A stretch of DNA of 64,000 nt from an uncultured Clostridia bacterium. GTDB taxonomy: Bacteria; Bacillota; Clostridia; Christensenellales; UBA3700. The translations under genes and the position numbers were made by a program. Every line of letters starts with the position of its first letter. Position 1 is the first letter of the stretch. The notes under the pieces were generated by a model, which had not been told where the DNA came from, did no database searches, and saw only the letters and a list, made by a program, of their open reading frames with translations. Where the stretch lies: positions 38,090 to 102,089 of the forward strand of contig CALWHM010000001.1 of assembly GCA_944380395.1 (NCBI GenBank), given 5' to 3'. This document shows, one piece after another, positions 37,401 to 44,807 of this stretch.

Positions 37401-38841
37401 TCTCCGCGTGTTCGGTATAAGACGGCTCAAAATCCGCAAGCAGGACAAAGCCGGCATTGTCGTCCGCATTCACGGAACGGATAGCCCTAAGTTCTTCCAA
37501 GGCGGCGCTTGCCTTGCGCGCGTCGGACAGCACCACGGACATTACGGTCAAAACTTTTCCGCCGTCCGGGATATGTTCGCATTTTAAGCGCGGAATATTG
37601 CGGACAGGCATAAATGCGGACAAAACTTTTACAAGCAAATATTCAACGGGGAAAAATGCCGTAAACAACACAGCAAAGAATGTGAACGCCGCAAGCGCCG
37701 CGCCGTGAACAAACACCGCCGCTGTGACGGCAAGCGCCGCATCTATCGCAAATACAGCGGCTCCGAAAGCCGCCGCACGCAGCTCTCCTCCCCAAGAAGA
37801 AACTTTTTTACCGCACAGAAGTCTGTAAACTTTGCGCCTGCTTTCAAACAAATATTCCCCGAAATGTTTTTCCCTCTCGTTTGCGTATGTCATAAGTTTC
37901 TCCGCGCAGTATCTTTCGGACATATTCGCAAAGCGAGAAAGCGCGCCCAAAGCGTTTAAGTATAGTTTTTTGGAGATATCGTCCATATCGCGGTATGTCT
38001 TATCGCGCGAAAATATCTCTCCCGCCGGGGAAGCGCTCAGCATAAAGTTCAAGTCAAATTCGTCGTTAAGCGACTTGAGCGATTTGACCGCGTTGGATAA
38101 GAGCAGCGCCGTATCGGACAGATAGACTCCGAAGGTTATCTCCGCATTTTCCGTGCCCGTTTCCGCACTTTCTTCACCTGCAAGCTTGCTCAAAAGTTTG
38201 CAATAATAGCCGTAGCCCGGCAGACGGGAATGCGCTGCTTCGAATTTTTCATCGGAAGCGGCAAAGCGCCTTGATTTATTTATCAAAATTATCCGCTTGC
38301 ACATACGCGATATGTGCCTTAACAGTGAATATTCAAACGCCGCAGGCAGCGCGAATATCTCCGCAACGGTAAGCGGCGCATACTTATTGAAAAGTTTTAT
38401 CTGCTTTATACACTTTTCCGCCTTGGCTTCGCACCTGTCAAGGGACGTGAGCAGGTGGGCAAGCGCGACCGCCCGCACTTTTCCTCCGCACCTGGGAAGC
38501 GCGTTTAAATGCAATATGCCCTTTTTATCCAGACTTGTCAAAAGAAAATTGCCGTTTTCGTACAGCCATTTTTCACATTCTTCAAGCAAAATGCCCCTTT
38601 TTACATTGCGTTTTACAACGGAAAAAGCGCGCTTTATCTGCGCCACGGTTTCGTGATACGGTATCCCCACGCCCGTTCTGTCTCGCACAGTCATAGATTG
38701 AGCCAAAGATACCACGTTCAGCTGCATATCCTCTTCATCCGCGCGCGCGATGACGGAATACCGCCTTCTTCTTTTCAGTGAAGCCAGCGCGGGCAGCAGA
38801 AAACAAAGCGCCAAAGTTGCTATTATCAGATAATATACCAT
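31468..38841 (-). CDS. Cyclic beta-1,2-glucan synthase-like giant protein (membrane GT84-like module + glucan cyclization module + GH94 phosphorylase-like module)
   Basis: 2457 aa. The N-terminus has TM helices and a GT module (LLDADSRL, ILSHDIAEGA..., ERWRRGD). The middle has TSPTNLGFGIL, NWYDL, SSVDNGNLAACL, SWAGTAFEYLMPQLF and GISESGYY. The C-terminus has GGGDWNDALD and RENGGQYTHAAVW. All of these resemble Cgs/NdvB/ChvB. Confidence 0.8.
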   Translation of the reverse strand: MVYYLIIATLALCFLLPALASLKRRRRYSVIARADEEDMQLNVVSLAQSMTVRDRTGVGIPYHETVAQIKRAFSVVKRNVKRGILLEECEKWLYENGNFLLTSLDKKGILHLNALPRCGGKVRAVALAHLLTSLDRCEAKAEKCIKQIKLFNKYAPLTVAEIFALPAAFEYSLLRHISRMCKRIILINKSRRFAASDEKFEAAHSRLPGYGYYCKLLSKLAGEESAETGTENAEITFGVYLSDTALLLSNAVKSLKSLNDEFDLNFMLSASPAGEIFSRDKTYRDMDDISKKLYLNALGALSRFANMSERYCAEKLMTYANEREKHFGEYLFESRRKVYRLLCGKKVSSWGGELRAAAFGAAVFAIDAALAVTAAVFVHGAALAAFTFFAVLFTAFFPVEYLLVKVLSAFMPVRNIPRLKCEHIPDGGKVLTVMSVVLSDARKASAALEELRAIRSVNADDNAGFVLLADFEPSYTEHAEKDGEIIAALSAAEQERDIFVLVRKRVKNGAMWSGRERKRGAIEDMNELLLRGERKAFEYIGRLPFTPVYILLLDADSRLTPGGVRRAVNAAMHPLAGKYDMLSFGCKYKLSSLKTPYSLRYLHDSGVEEYCSYSDFYYNLSGQSVFCGKGIYNLRSFDAKLRGKLPEGRILSHDIAEGALIKCGAAGDIVYEDAPPTYLSHMRREERWRRGDLLLLPVAFSRNCHALYRYIILRNALAVFSAPLAFAAVVTALAAGNIIFAIITGVCLMAVPLVSAGFSLYSIADGVRARYALGGFMRSILLGIENILLLPFNAFMNIAVTAKTIFRLLAHKNLLEWRTFAGSMKEPVSAHFMVIAGGAVLLAALSAALYSVLAVPVYAALCAIYACALALGNIGLTYKSLSKKDKAFLRAAACDTYAYFDYMRGQSRLISDNLSFENGVKTAQMTSPTNLGFGILAHVCASECGILPAAEAIDRINADMLKLRTLPKWKGNLYNWYDLDGKPKSPRFVSSVDNGNLAACLTVARAFLKANNSSCDNADILLNEMRLEALFDRAKCRFFIGYDLEKDAFEGHYDMMASESRVLAYIATCRGIPAWDGLRRDIISANGNMLVSWAGTAFEYLMPQLFFEDSEFSLITHSCRGASTVMGVNTCKGMFGISESGYYDFDDGGNYRYGQFGISTLALKAANDKCVISPYSSAMMLKYIPARAATNLKKLKKAGVYGKYGFCEAIDCSAGGKIVCSHMSHHQGMIMAAVTNALHGNIICKYFMSDEYMRGGKLLTEERVPLTVCARKPKADFVYPLETGFFRKYAGHTYPKAALLSEGGYSAAFTESGCSLSRAFGMNINRWRQDPELPDGGFFVIKGEGEEFSPTYMPIKAVKDKFTFSYEPGYVEYENLSHSCKQKIFLLKGTEGEVRKLTIKNNTDSLVRYEISYYERLSMAEREEYASHPVYADMFVSCSQEPEAVYVTKRSKSEGGDKFAAFKLYGGGNCKYSCSAASVAGKQGVSPDFGDVMYPCLNVSAEITVTPGGCGELYVIKAFGTEVRKLEEFMRGVDEENYFAYCEECAKLSSLRTLRYRSDNKTNELLDALAPSLLYPIISAQNIHYYNSDRGRRVFVMDHEKHFALLDSAISAVLYMNLCGLPCELAVILDKNDEYYAQKRDRLLHRTIMGNIEKLNLVHITDIYELSARFNSPIVFFADEIKKVHAPEQKEFCEIRSYKKALLTKVEKPAVRLESGFGYFTDNGDYIVTSPPLLPYSNVVAAEEGGFVITQNGGGFTFASNSCENKITLWHNDPVEDTASEKLYLVVGGKYLRCNKLQPGGYVRHAKGATYFCCMAEGILCNLQVGIVKQGLAKVYRLTLKNTADTAADADIIFNVKPLLGRIPSPENIDVKTISRGVIAENSLTGQKAYIICLQDSRSYCRQSYFRALNGDIFSSDTSDVNVCVARITASRRILSGEEICLDFVITNNERIANTLTAEDIAFETEKQVNMFKSLQNLSISGIPEQESLLMNNLPYQIYSSRLSARCGFYQAGGAVGFRDQLQDCLAHLYADPDYVRSVILECAAHQYEEGDVMHWWHRPNLGVRTRITDDRLFLGYVTAEYIAFTSDGDILNEEIPYLSSPPLADDERARMERAATGGSDTLLRHILRAIDSLKVGEHGLLLIGGGDWNDALDEIGLRGRGESVWLTQFAAAVIDKMLPSIDAALREKYISLRDAFKAAVEGAFFNGRYARAFTDDGIWLGTDNSPACKIDIICQAWSVISDIAGAERAAAALAHANKLIDENFGVVRLLDPPFDKKFYCGYISSYPKGVRENGGQYTHAAVWLFKAYCKMCDGERAARLARILDPIYACEGDGKNVYCGEPYVIAADVYYNEKMKGRIGWSWYTGSAAWYFKTYLEDYLGFRIRRGAIECKKPLIKEWKNIVITYRRGKTVFRIRFAEGERDCVEENGIKMTGVPISIERDEGHYDITFVFAPEK

Positions 38842-38895
38842 AGTTTCCTCTCGGCAATTATTGACAATAGCGCAAACATTATACCGCGCAGGAAA

Positions 38896-38919
38896 TGAAA
38901 AAGGCGGCTGATACCGCCC
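38896..38919 (-). terminator. Rho-independent terminator after rnpB
   Basis: Minus strand GGCGGUAUCAGCCGCC followed by UUUUUC. Confidence 0.7.
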
Positions 38920-38921
38920 TC

Positions 38922-39249
38922 AAAGTCCCAAACGATCCGTAAGCCGGATTCTGTTTACGATGACCATCTATCCAGGCGCGGCGTTACCGCCGTGCTCAAG
39001 CGATTTTCCGACGCGGCAGGCTACCGCATAATGTCGTTTTCTCTTGCACCGAGTGGGGTTTACAGGGCATCCCGCGTCGCCGCAGGATCGGTGAGCTCTT
39101 ACCTCGCCTTTCCATCCTTACCCGTCAAAGACGGGCGGTCTATTTCTGTTGCACTTTCCTTTAAGTCGCCTTAACCGGTAGTTAGCCGGCACTCTGCCTT
39201 GCGGTGTCCGGACTTTCCTCACATTTGTGCGGTCATCCGATCGTTTGGG
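38922..39249 (-). ncRNA. rnpB: RNase P RNA
   Basis: The minus strand contains GAGGAAAGUCCGGAC (P4 5' strand), GUGCAACAGAAA, GUAAGAGCUCAC and ACAGAAUCCGGCUUAC (P4 3' strand). The P1 pairing is CCCAAACGAUC/GAUCGUUUGGG. The plus-strand ORFs 38992..39174 and 39199..39393 are spurious. Confidence 0.9.
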
Positions 39250-39254
39250 ATTTC

Positions 39255-39283
39255 ATATTACCACCTGCGCAATCAAAAGTCAA
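39255..39283 (-). promoter_or_regulatory. Sigma-A type promoter of rnpB, overlapping the 3' end of sigK
   Basis: Minus strand TTGACT, a 17-nt spacer, then TAATAT, ending about 6 nt before the P1 5' strand. The -35 lies in the last sigK codons. Confidence 0.6.
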
Positions 39284-39971
39284 GCGCGTTGTCCTTAATG
39301 TATTTGCGCAGCTTTTCTATCGCCTTCTTTTCTATACGCGATATATATGAACGGGATATATCGAACTTTTCCGCCACCTGGAGCTGCGTATGAGCGGGAA
39401 TGCCTTCAAGTCCGTACCGCATTTTTATTATCTCGTATTCGCGCGTGTCCAAAGCCGACTTTACCACCTTATAAAGCTTTTCGCGCACAAGTGAGTTTTC
39501 CACCTCTTCTATCACGTCGGCGCTGTCTTCAAGCAGGTCCATCAAGGTTATCTCGTTTCCGTCTTTATCGCTGCTGACAGGCTCGAACAAAGAGCGCGTA
39601 CCCTTGTACTTCTTACTTGCCCGCAGCGTCATAAGTATTTCGTTTTCTATGCATTTGCTGGCGTATGTGGCAAACTGCGTGCCCTTGCCGTCCGAATAAG
39701 TATTCACCGCCTTAATAAGTCCGATGGATCCCACGGAGATAAGCTCGTCATTGTCATTGTATCCGGAATACTTTTTTACGATGTGCACCACAAGGCGCAT
39801 ATTGTGGTTGATTATTTCGTCACGCGCGGATTTGTCCCCGTTCCACATCCTCTCTATAAGCTGTCTTTCCTTTTCGGGGGAAAGAGGAAGTGGAAAACTG
39901 TTTTTATTTTTTACATATCCTGTGAAGAAGAAAATGTTGCCCAGCAGGGCGAATAAACCGCTCAAAAACAT
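39273..39971 (-). CDS. sigK: Sporulation sigma factor K (pro-sigma-K), uninterrupted
   Basis: The pro-sequence and cleavage region FFTGYVKNKNSFPLPLS parallels B. subtilis YVKNNAFPQPLS. Regions 2 and 4 are present (GLIKAVNTY, ISRSYISRIEKKA). Confidence 0.85.
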   Translation of the reverse strand: MFLSGLFALLGNIFFFTGYVKNKNSFPLPLSPEKERQLIERMWNGDKSARDEIINHNMRLVVHIVKKYSGYNDNDELISVGSIGLIKAVNTYSDGKGTQFATYASKCIENEILMTLRASKKYKGTRSLFEPVSSDKDGNEITLMDLLEDSADVIEEVENSLVREKLYKVVKSALDTREYEIIKMRYGLEGIPAHTQLQVAEKFDISRSYISRIEKKAIEKLRKYIKDNALDF

Positions 39972-40045
39972 ATTTCACCGCCTTATTCGTTCTGAAATAT
40001 GCTATGTCAAAAAGAGCTTGTACAATTCCGTCCGCGGAAAAATTA

Positions 40046-40072
40046 TAAAAAAAAGACCCCTTAGGGTCCTTT
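40046..40072 (-). terminator. Rho-independent terminator after nrdR
   Basis: Minus strand GACCC-UAAG-GGGUC followed by UUUUUUUU. Confidence 0.7.
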
Positions 40073-40086
40073 TCGGTAATTGGCAA

Positions 40087-40551
40087 TTACTTGTTTTGCT
40101 TTTTCTTGAGCACTTCGTTTATCTCGTCCAGCCAGCTGTTTATATCCTTAAACTGTCTGTGTACGGCGGCAAAACGAACGTAAGCCACGTCGTCTATCTC
40201 CTTTAATCCGTCCATTACCATCTCGCCTATTTCGTCGGACGTTATTTCCTGATCCAAATGATTTGCCACGCGCTTTTCAATGTCGGCAACCAAATTGTCT
40301 ATTTGCTGCATGGCAACGGGGCGCTTCTCGCACGCTTTAATAATGCCCTGCTTTACCTTTTGTGCGGAAAAAGCCTGGCGTCCGCCGCTCTTTTTTACGA
40401 CCATTACGGGGGTAAACTCCACTGTTTCGTAAGTGGTGAATCTTTTGCCGCATGCGATACACTCGCGCCTGCGGCGAATGGACGTGCCGTCCTCATTCAC
40501 GCGCGAATCTATAACCTTGCTGTCCATACACCCGCAATATATACACTTCAT
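40087..40551 (-). CDS. nrdR: Transcriptional repressor NrdR
   Basis: MKCIYCGCMDSKVIDSR...RRRECIACGKRFTTYE is a zinc ribbon, followed by an ATP-cone. Confidence 0.95.
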   Translation of the reverse strand: MKCIYCGCMDSKVIDSRVNEDGTSIRRRRECIACGKRFTTYETVEFTPVMVVKKSGGRQAFSAQKVKQGIIKACEKRPVAMQQIDNLVADIEKRVANHLDQEITSDEIGEMVMDGLKEIDDVAYVRFAAVHRQFKDINSWLDEINEVLKKKQNK

Positions 40552-40608
40552 TGTCTTTTCCTCGTTTTTTCTTTATTATATCACTTTTTTTGCGTTAGTG
40601 CAATGATT

Positions 40609-40890
40609 TTAACAGTTTCTGGGCACGGGACATACGGGATCCGCCCCGGGACGGTCGCCCAGCTCCACCAAAATGGCGTCCTCGCCTATCTTGACTATAT
40701 TTTTCCACGGTACAAAAATGCTCTCTTCTCCGGATACGCTTTTGAAAAACTTCTTTTCACCGGGAACTATAACGCCCAGAACATTGCCCGAACAAGTGAG
40801 CGCAAGATCGAGAATACGCCCGAGTTTTTTGCCGTCCGTGATGTTTACAACTTCTTTTTCCCTAAGTTCGCAAAATGTGAGATCGGATAT
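40609..40890 (-). CDS. ylmC: YlmC/YmxH family sporulation protein (PRC-barrel)
   Basis: FCELREKEVVNITDGKKLGRILDL...VPWKNIVKIGEDAILVE. Confidence 0.8.
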   Translation of the reverse strand: MSDLTFCELREKEVVNITDGKKLGRILDLALTCSGNVLGVIVPGEKKFFKSVSGEESIFVPWKNIVKIGEDAILVELGDRPGADPVCPVPRNC

Positions 40891-40931
40891 CATAAAAACC
40901 CTCCGCCATATCTTATGCGGAGGGTGCATCT

Positions 40932-41705
40932 TTAATACTTGTCTATTACAAATTCTTTGATATACGCCAGCGCGCTTTTTTCCAATCGGCTGACCTGCGC
41001 CTGCGATATGCCCATTATCGCGGATATCTCCGTCTGCGTCCTGCCCTTGAAGTAGCGCAACGTTATTATCCTTTTTTCACGCTCGGGCAATTCTTCAAGC
41101 GCGGTTTTTATGGATATTTCATCTATCCACCTGTCCTCACAGCAACGCTTATCTCCCAGCTGTTCCAGCAGACTGACGCTGTCGTCCCCGTCGCCGTACA
41201 CGCATTCTTGAAGCGATATGGGTTCGCTTACCGCGTCCAAGGCGGTCACAACGTCTTTATAGGGCACGTCTATTTCGGCTGCCACTTCCATCAATGAAGG
41301 TTCACTCCTGCCCACGGACATAAGCTCTCGCGCCCGCAGCGTTTTATAAGCTATGTCGCGCATACTGCGGCTGACCTTAATTGACGTGCCTTCCTTTATA
41401 AACCGCCTTATCTCGCCTGCCACCATCGGAACCGCGTAAGTGGAAAATCTCACGTTGAAGGACGGATCAAAGCCGTCAATTGCCTTGATAAGCCCCACAA
41501 TGCCCACTTGGAACAAATCATCGCTGTTTGCCTTGCCCCTGAAACGCTGCACAAGCGAAAGTACCAAACGTATATTTGCCATTACAAGCGTTTCGCGCGC
41601 CTTTTCGTCGCCGTTAGAACTTTTTTTAAGCAGCGCTTCGCATTCCTCGTTGGTAAGTCTGGGGAGTTGCGCCGTATCCAAATTACATAAGTTTACTTTA
41701 CTCAT
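40932..41705 (-). CDS. sigG: Sporulation sigma factor G
   Basis: Forespore-type sigma (VMANIRLVLSLVQRF, GLIKAIDGFD, ISQAQVSRLEK). It lies immediately downstream of sigE, as in the spoIIGA-sigE-sigG arrangement. Confidence 0.85.
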   Translation of the reverse strand: MSKVNLCNLDTAQLPRLTNEECEALLKKSSNGDEKARETLVMANIRLVLSLVQRFRGKANSDDLFQVGIVGLIKAIDGFDPSFNVRFSTYAVPMVAGEIRRFIKEGTSIKVSRSMRDIAYKTLRARELMSVGRSEPSLMEVAAEIDVPYKDVVTALDAVSEPISLQECVYGDGDDSVSLLEQLGDKRCCEDRWIDEISIKTALEELPEREKRIITLRYFKGRTQTEISAIMGISQAQVSRLEKSALAYIKEFVIDKY

Positions 41706-41733
41706 GATCCCTCCTTATGTACGCGGACAAAGG

Positions 41734-41763
41734 TATCATGCGCAAAGTCAGACTATTTATTCA
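41734..41763 (-). promoter_or_regulatory. Sigma-F/G type promoter of sigG
   Basis: Minus strand TGAATA, a 17-nt spacer, then CATGATA, against the sigma-G consensus GAATA-N17/18-CATACTA. Confidence 0.45.
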
Positions 41764-41822
41764 CGCAAATATTTCGGCGGCAAACCGCCGCGATTTTACG
41801 ATAAACTTATTTTACACCCGCC

Positions 41823-42533
41823 CTAGCATTGTTCATATTTGGTTATTTCCTTTTTCAGTTTTTTCATAACCTTCTTTTCCAGCCTGGATATGTACGATTG
41901 GGATATGCCCATTATATCCGCTATTTCCTTTTGCGTTTTCTTCTGCGCTCCCAATATACCGAAGCGCATTTTTATTATCTCTTTTTCCCTGTCGCTCAGT
42001 TTGTCAAAACACATCAGCAATATGTCTTTTTCCGCTTGGCTCTCCATATCTTTATAGATAATATCGCTGTCCGTGCCAAGTACGTCGGACAAAAGCAGCA
42101 CGTTGCCCTCCCAATCCACGTTAAGCGGCTCGTCGAGTGACATCTCCGACTTGGTCTTGGACGTCTTGCGCAGAAACATAAGTATCTCGTTTTCTATGCA
42201 TCTGCTGGCGTATGTAGCCATTTTTATCTGCTTTTCCGCGTCGAAAGAATTAACGGCTTTGATAAGCCCTATCGTGCCCACGGATATCAGATCTTCTATG
42301 TCCGTATTCGTATTGTCAAACTTCTTTGCAATATAAACTACTAGGCGCAAATTGCGCTCTATAAGCTCGTTTTTTGCCTGTTCGTCATTTTCCGCAAGTC
42401 GCCTTATCAGCTGTTTTTCCTCCTCCGCGTCCAACGGCGCGGGAAGCGCTTCGCCTCCGCCGATAAAGTCTATCCTGTTTTCCGAATACAGATTGAGAGC
42501 CGATAGAATTTTTGCCAATAATTTTTTTAACAT
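41823..42533 (-). CDS. sigE: Sporulation sigma factor E (pro-sigma-E)
   Basis: The pro-sequence [34 protein letters not shown] is followed by a sigma-70 family core. It lies downstream of spoIIGA. Confidence 0.9.
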   Translation of the reverse strand: MLKKLLAKILSALNLYSENRIDFIGGGEALPAPLDAEEEKQLIRRLAENDEQAKNELIERNLRLVVYIAKKFDNTNTDIEDLISVGTIGLIKAVNSFDAEKQIKMATYASRCIENEILMFLRKTSKTKSEMSLDEPLNVDWEGNVLLLSDVLGTDSDIIYKDMESQAEKDILLMCFDKLSDREKEIIKMRFGILGAQKKTQKEIADIMGISQSYISRLEKKVMKKLKKEITKYEQC

Positions 42534-42540
42534 ACCCACC

Positions 42541-43317
42541 TCATATGCCTGCCGGCAGTATAACTTTGAATTCACCCATCGATGTGCCCGATATGGCGGC
42601 GGTGACATCTCGTACGCTCCTGCCGCTTTGTTCGGGAAAAGTAACGCATTCTATTTTAATCGCGGGCAGATAACTCTCCCCGTTCACCGTTTTGACCCAT
42701 ATTCCGCTGACGCGCTTTGCGCCCCGCTTCACCAATTTTTTCGCCAGCTTCTTGTCTATCACCATAACACCCATACCGCCGCGCGTCAAAGTGTTGCCCG
42801 TGTCTATTATCCCTTCGCAGGATATTTCCGCGCCGCCCGCGGTTATCAACACCGTACAGCCTGCTCCCTCTGTGCGCTTTTTTGCCATATATCCCGATAT
42901 CTGCCTGCAAAAATATAAGAGCACTATCCCCGCGGCGGCTATATAAGCGCCCAAAAGGCTGTTCGGATAATACAGGGCGTTCACAAATTGGGAAACGGAC
43001 AAATTGTTCAAGAGCAACACAATTCCGCCCAGCGCCGCCGTATACACAAAATAAAGCAGCGTAGCCATAACATAGCGCTTAAATGACGGATATTTGCTCA
43101 TCAGAGCGGTCATAACAATCAGCATAAGGACTTTTACCGCTCCCGCCGCGGCAAAATTTATGTAAGGCACCGCAACGGCAAAACAACTGCCCGCGAGCGC
43201 GGCTGCGGCAATGCGGAACGCTTTCACCTTCATTTTCAAGCTAAGCAGCGTTATGTAGGCGATAAAGGCGTCAATAAAGAAATTGCTTACCAACACATAT
43301 TCCACATAAACTATCAT
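42541..43317 (-). CDS. spoIIGA: Sigma-E processing aspartic peptidase SpoIIGA
   Basis: Five N-terminal TM helices ([18 protein letters not shown]...) and an IIDTGNTL catalytic motif. Confidence 0.85.
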   Translation of the reverse strand: MIVYVEYVLVSNFFIDAFIAYITLLSLKMKVKAFRIAAAALAGSCFAVAVPYINFAAAGAVKVLMLIVMTALMSKYPSFKRYVMATLLYFVYTAALGGIVLLLNNLSVSQFVNALYYPNSLLGAYIAAAGIVLLYFCRQISGYMAKKRTEGAGCTVLITAGGAEISCEGIIDTGNTLTRGGMGVMVIDKKLAKKLVKRGAKRVSGIWVKTVNGESYLPAIKIECVTFPEQSGRSVRDVTAAISGTSMGEFKVILPAGI

Positions 43318-43360
43318 ACCCGTATGATAGTACAGAAGGATCGCAAAAAACTTTCCACTT

Positions 43361-43367
43361 TGTCGAA
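43361..43367 (+). promoter_or_regulatory. Consensus Spo0A box (TGTCGAA) upstream of spoIIGA
   Basis: Exact TGTCGAA about 45 nt upstream of the spoIIGA ATG. The B. subtilis spoIIG promoter is Spo0A-activated. Confidence 0.35.
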
Positions 43368-43390
43368 AGAAAAAATTATATCTCCGTAAA

Positions 43391-43418
43391 ATGAAAACGC
43401 ACCCTTTCGGGTGCGCTC
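43391..43418 (-). terminator. Rho-independent terminator after ftsZ
   Basis: Minus strand GCGCACCC-GAAA-GGGUGCGC followed by UUUUCAUUUU. Confidence 0.7.
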
Positions 43419-43426
43419 ATTATAAA

Positions 43427-44803
43427 TCAATTGTTGCCGTCGTTGCGATTATGGAAGCGCTGTAAAAACTTGGGAATATTGCGCTTGACCTGTTCCTGCT
43501 CCTGCGGCTGAGGCTGCTGCGGCGCGGAAGCTCTTCCGGGAGCAAAGCCCGAAGGCGGCTCACTGTATCCCGACCGATAACCTGCGCCCGTACCCGTATT
43601 CGCGCCGTAACCGCCGTTGTTATATCTCGGCTCGTATCCTCCTTGTACCGGAGTTACGGGAGCCTGCCCGGGATACGGCTGAGGATTGGGATAGCCGCCG
43701 TGAGCGCCCGATTGAGGATAAGGCTGAGCGCCGGGATAACCTGCGCCGCCCTGCCTGCGCGCGCCCGAAAAGTCGGGAGTGTTAAAGTCGGGGCGAGCGC
43801 GATGTTCCGCGTTTGCGTCCTGTCCTTGTCCGTTCGCGTTTTGCGCGGATTCTTTGTCGGGGAAGCCCGTGGCTATTATGGTTATCTTCACTTTGTTCTT
43901 ATACTCTTCCCCTTCATATATGCCCATACCCCAAATGATGTTTGCGTCGGGATCGGCAATGGACTGCACTAGAGTGCTGGCGTTGTTTGTTTCGCTCAAC
44001 GTAAGATCGCTTCCGCCCTGGAAGTACATAATGATATTTTTTGCGCCCTGTATGTCAGATTCAAGCAGCGGAGAGGATACGGCAAGCCTCATAGCTTTCA
44101 GCGCCTTGTCCGGACCGCTTGCCTCTCCTATGCCCATATGCGCAACGCCCTTGTCGTGCAGGACGGCATACACATCGGCAAAGTCGAGATTGATAAGGGA
44201 GTCCCTCATTATCAAATCGCTTATGGACTGCACCGCCTGACGGAGAACCTCGTCCGCTTCCTGGAACGCACGCATTATGGAGACGTCCGCAGGCAGCACG
44301 TCGTTGAGCTTTTCGTTGGGAATAACGAGCAGCGTATCCACGTTGTCCCTTAAATTTTCAATGCCTTCAAGCGCATTCATCATACGCTTTTTACCTTCAA
44401 ACTTAAACGGAGTTGTAACTACCGCCACGGTCAGAATTTTATTGCTTTTGGCAATGGAAGCTATGACGGGAGCAGCCCCTGTACCCGTGCCGCCGCCCAT
44501 ACCCGCGGTGATGAACAGCATGTTCACGTCTTTCAGAAGCCCTTCTATCTCGTCGCGCGATTCAAGAGCCGCATTCTTACCTTTTTCCGGATTGGCGCCC
44601 GCGCCCAAACCCTTTGTGGTGTTCATTCCTATCGCCAGCTTTACGGGCGCTTCGGAAGAAAGCAATGCCTGCTTGTCCGTGTTGATAGCCACAAATTCGG
44701 CAGTGTTTATGCCTGCCCTCACCATCTGATTCACGGCGTTACAGCCGCCGCCGCCCACACCGAATACCTTTATTTTCGCGGAGCCTATGTCCTGATCCGT
44801 CAT
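43427..44803 (-). CDS. ftsZ: Cell division protein FtsZ, with a long Pro/Gln/Gly/Tyr-rich linker
   Basis: GVGGGGCNAVN and GGGTGTGAAPV motifs, and a C-terminal peptide IPKFLQR. Confidence 0.97.
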   Translation of the reverse strand: MTDQDIGSAKIKVFGVGGGGCNAVNQMVRAGINTAEFVAINTDKQALLSSEAPVKLAIGMNTTKGLGAGANPEKGKNAALESRDEIEGLLKDVNMLFITAGMGGGTGTGAAPVIASIAKSNKILTVAVVTTPFKFEGKKRMMNALEGIENLRDNVDTLLVIPNEKLNDVLPADVSIMRAFQEADEVLRQAVQSISDLIMRDSLINLDFADVYAVLHDKGVAHMGIGEASGPDKALKAMRLAVSSPLLESDIQGAKNIIMYFQGGSDLTLSETNNASTLVQSIADPDANIIWGMGIYEGEEYKNKVKITIIATGFPDKESAQNANGQGQDANAEHRARPDFNTPDFSGARRQGGAGYPGAQPYPQSGAHGGYPNPQPYPGQAPVTPVQGGYEPRYNNGGYGANTGTGAGYRSGYSEPPSGFAPGRASAPQQPQPQEQEQVKRNIPKFLQRFHNRNDGNN

Positions 44804-44807
44804 GACT

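Noticed and set aside
38992-39393. Plus-strand ORFs 38992..39174 and 39199..39393.
   Set aside because: They lie on the complement of RNase P RNA and of the sigK 3' end. The rnpB identification, based on the conserved P4 strands and P1 pairing, explains the sequence conservation-type features.
39273-39971. A possible skin-like intervening element or other mobile DNA in sigK or elsewhere in the window.
   Set aside because: sigK is one continuous 232-aa ORF that covers the pro-sequence and regions 2-4. I saw no integrase, transposase or recombinase ORFs, and no long terminal or inverted repeats, anywhere in the window.
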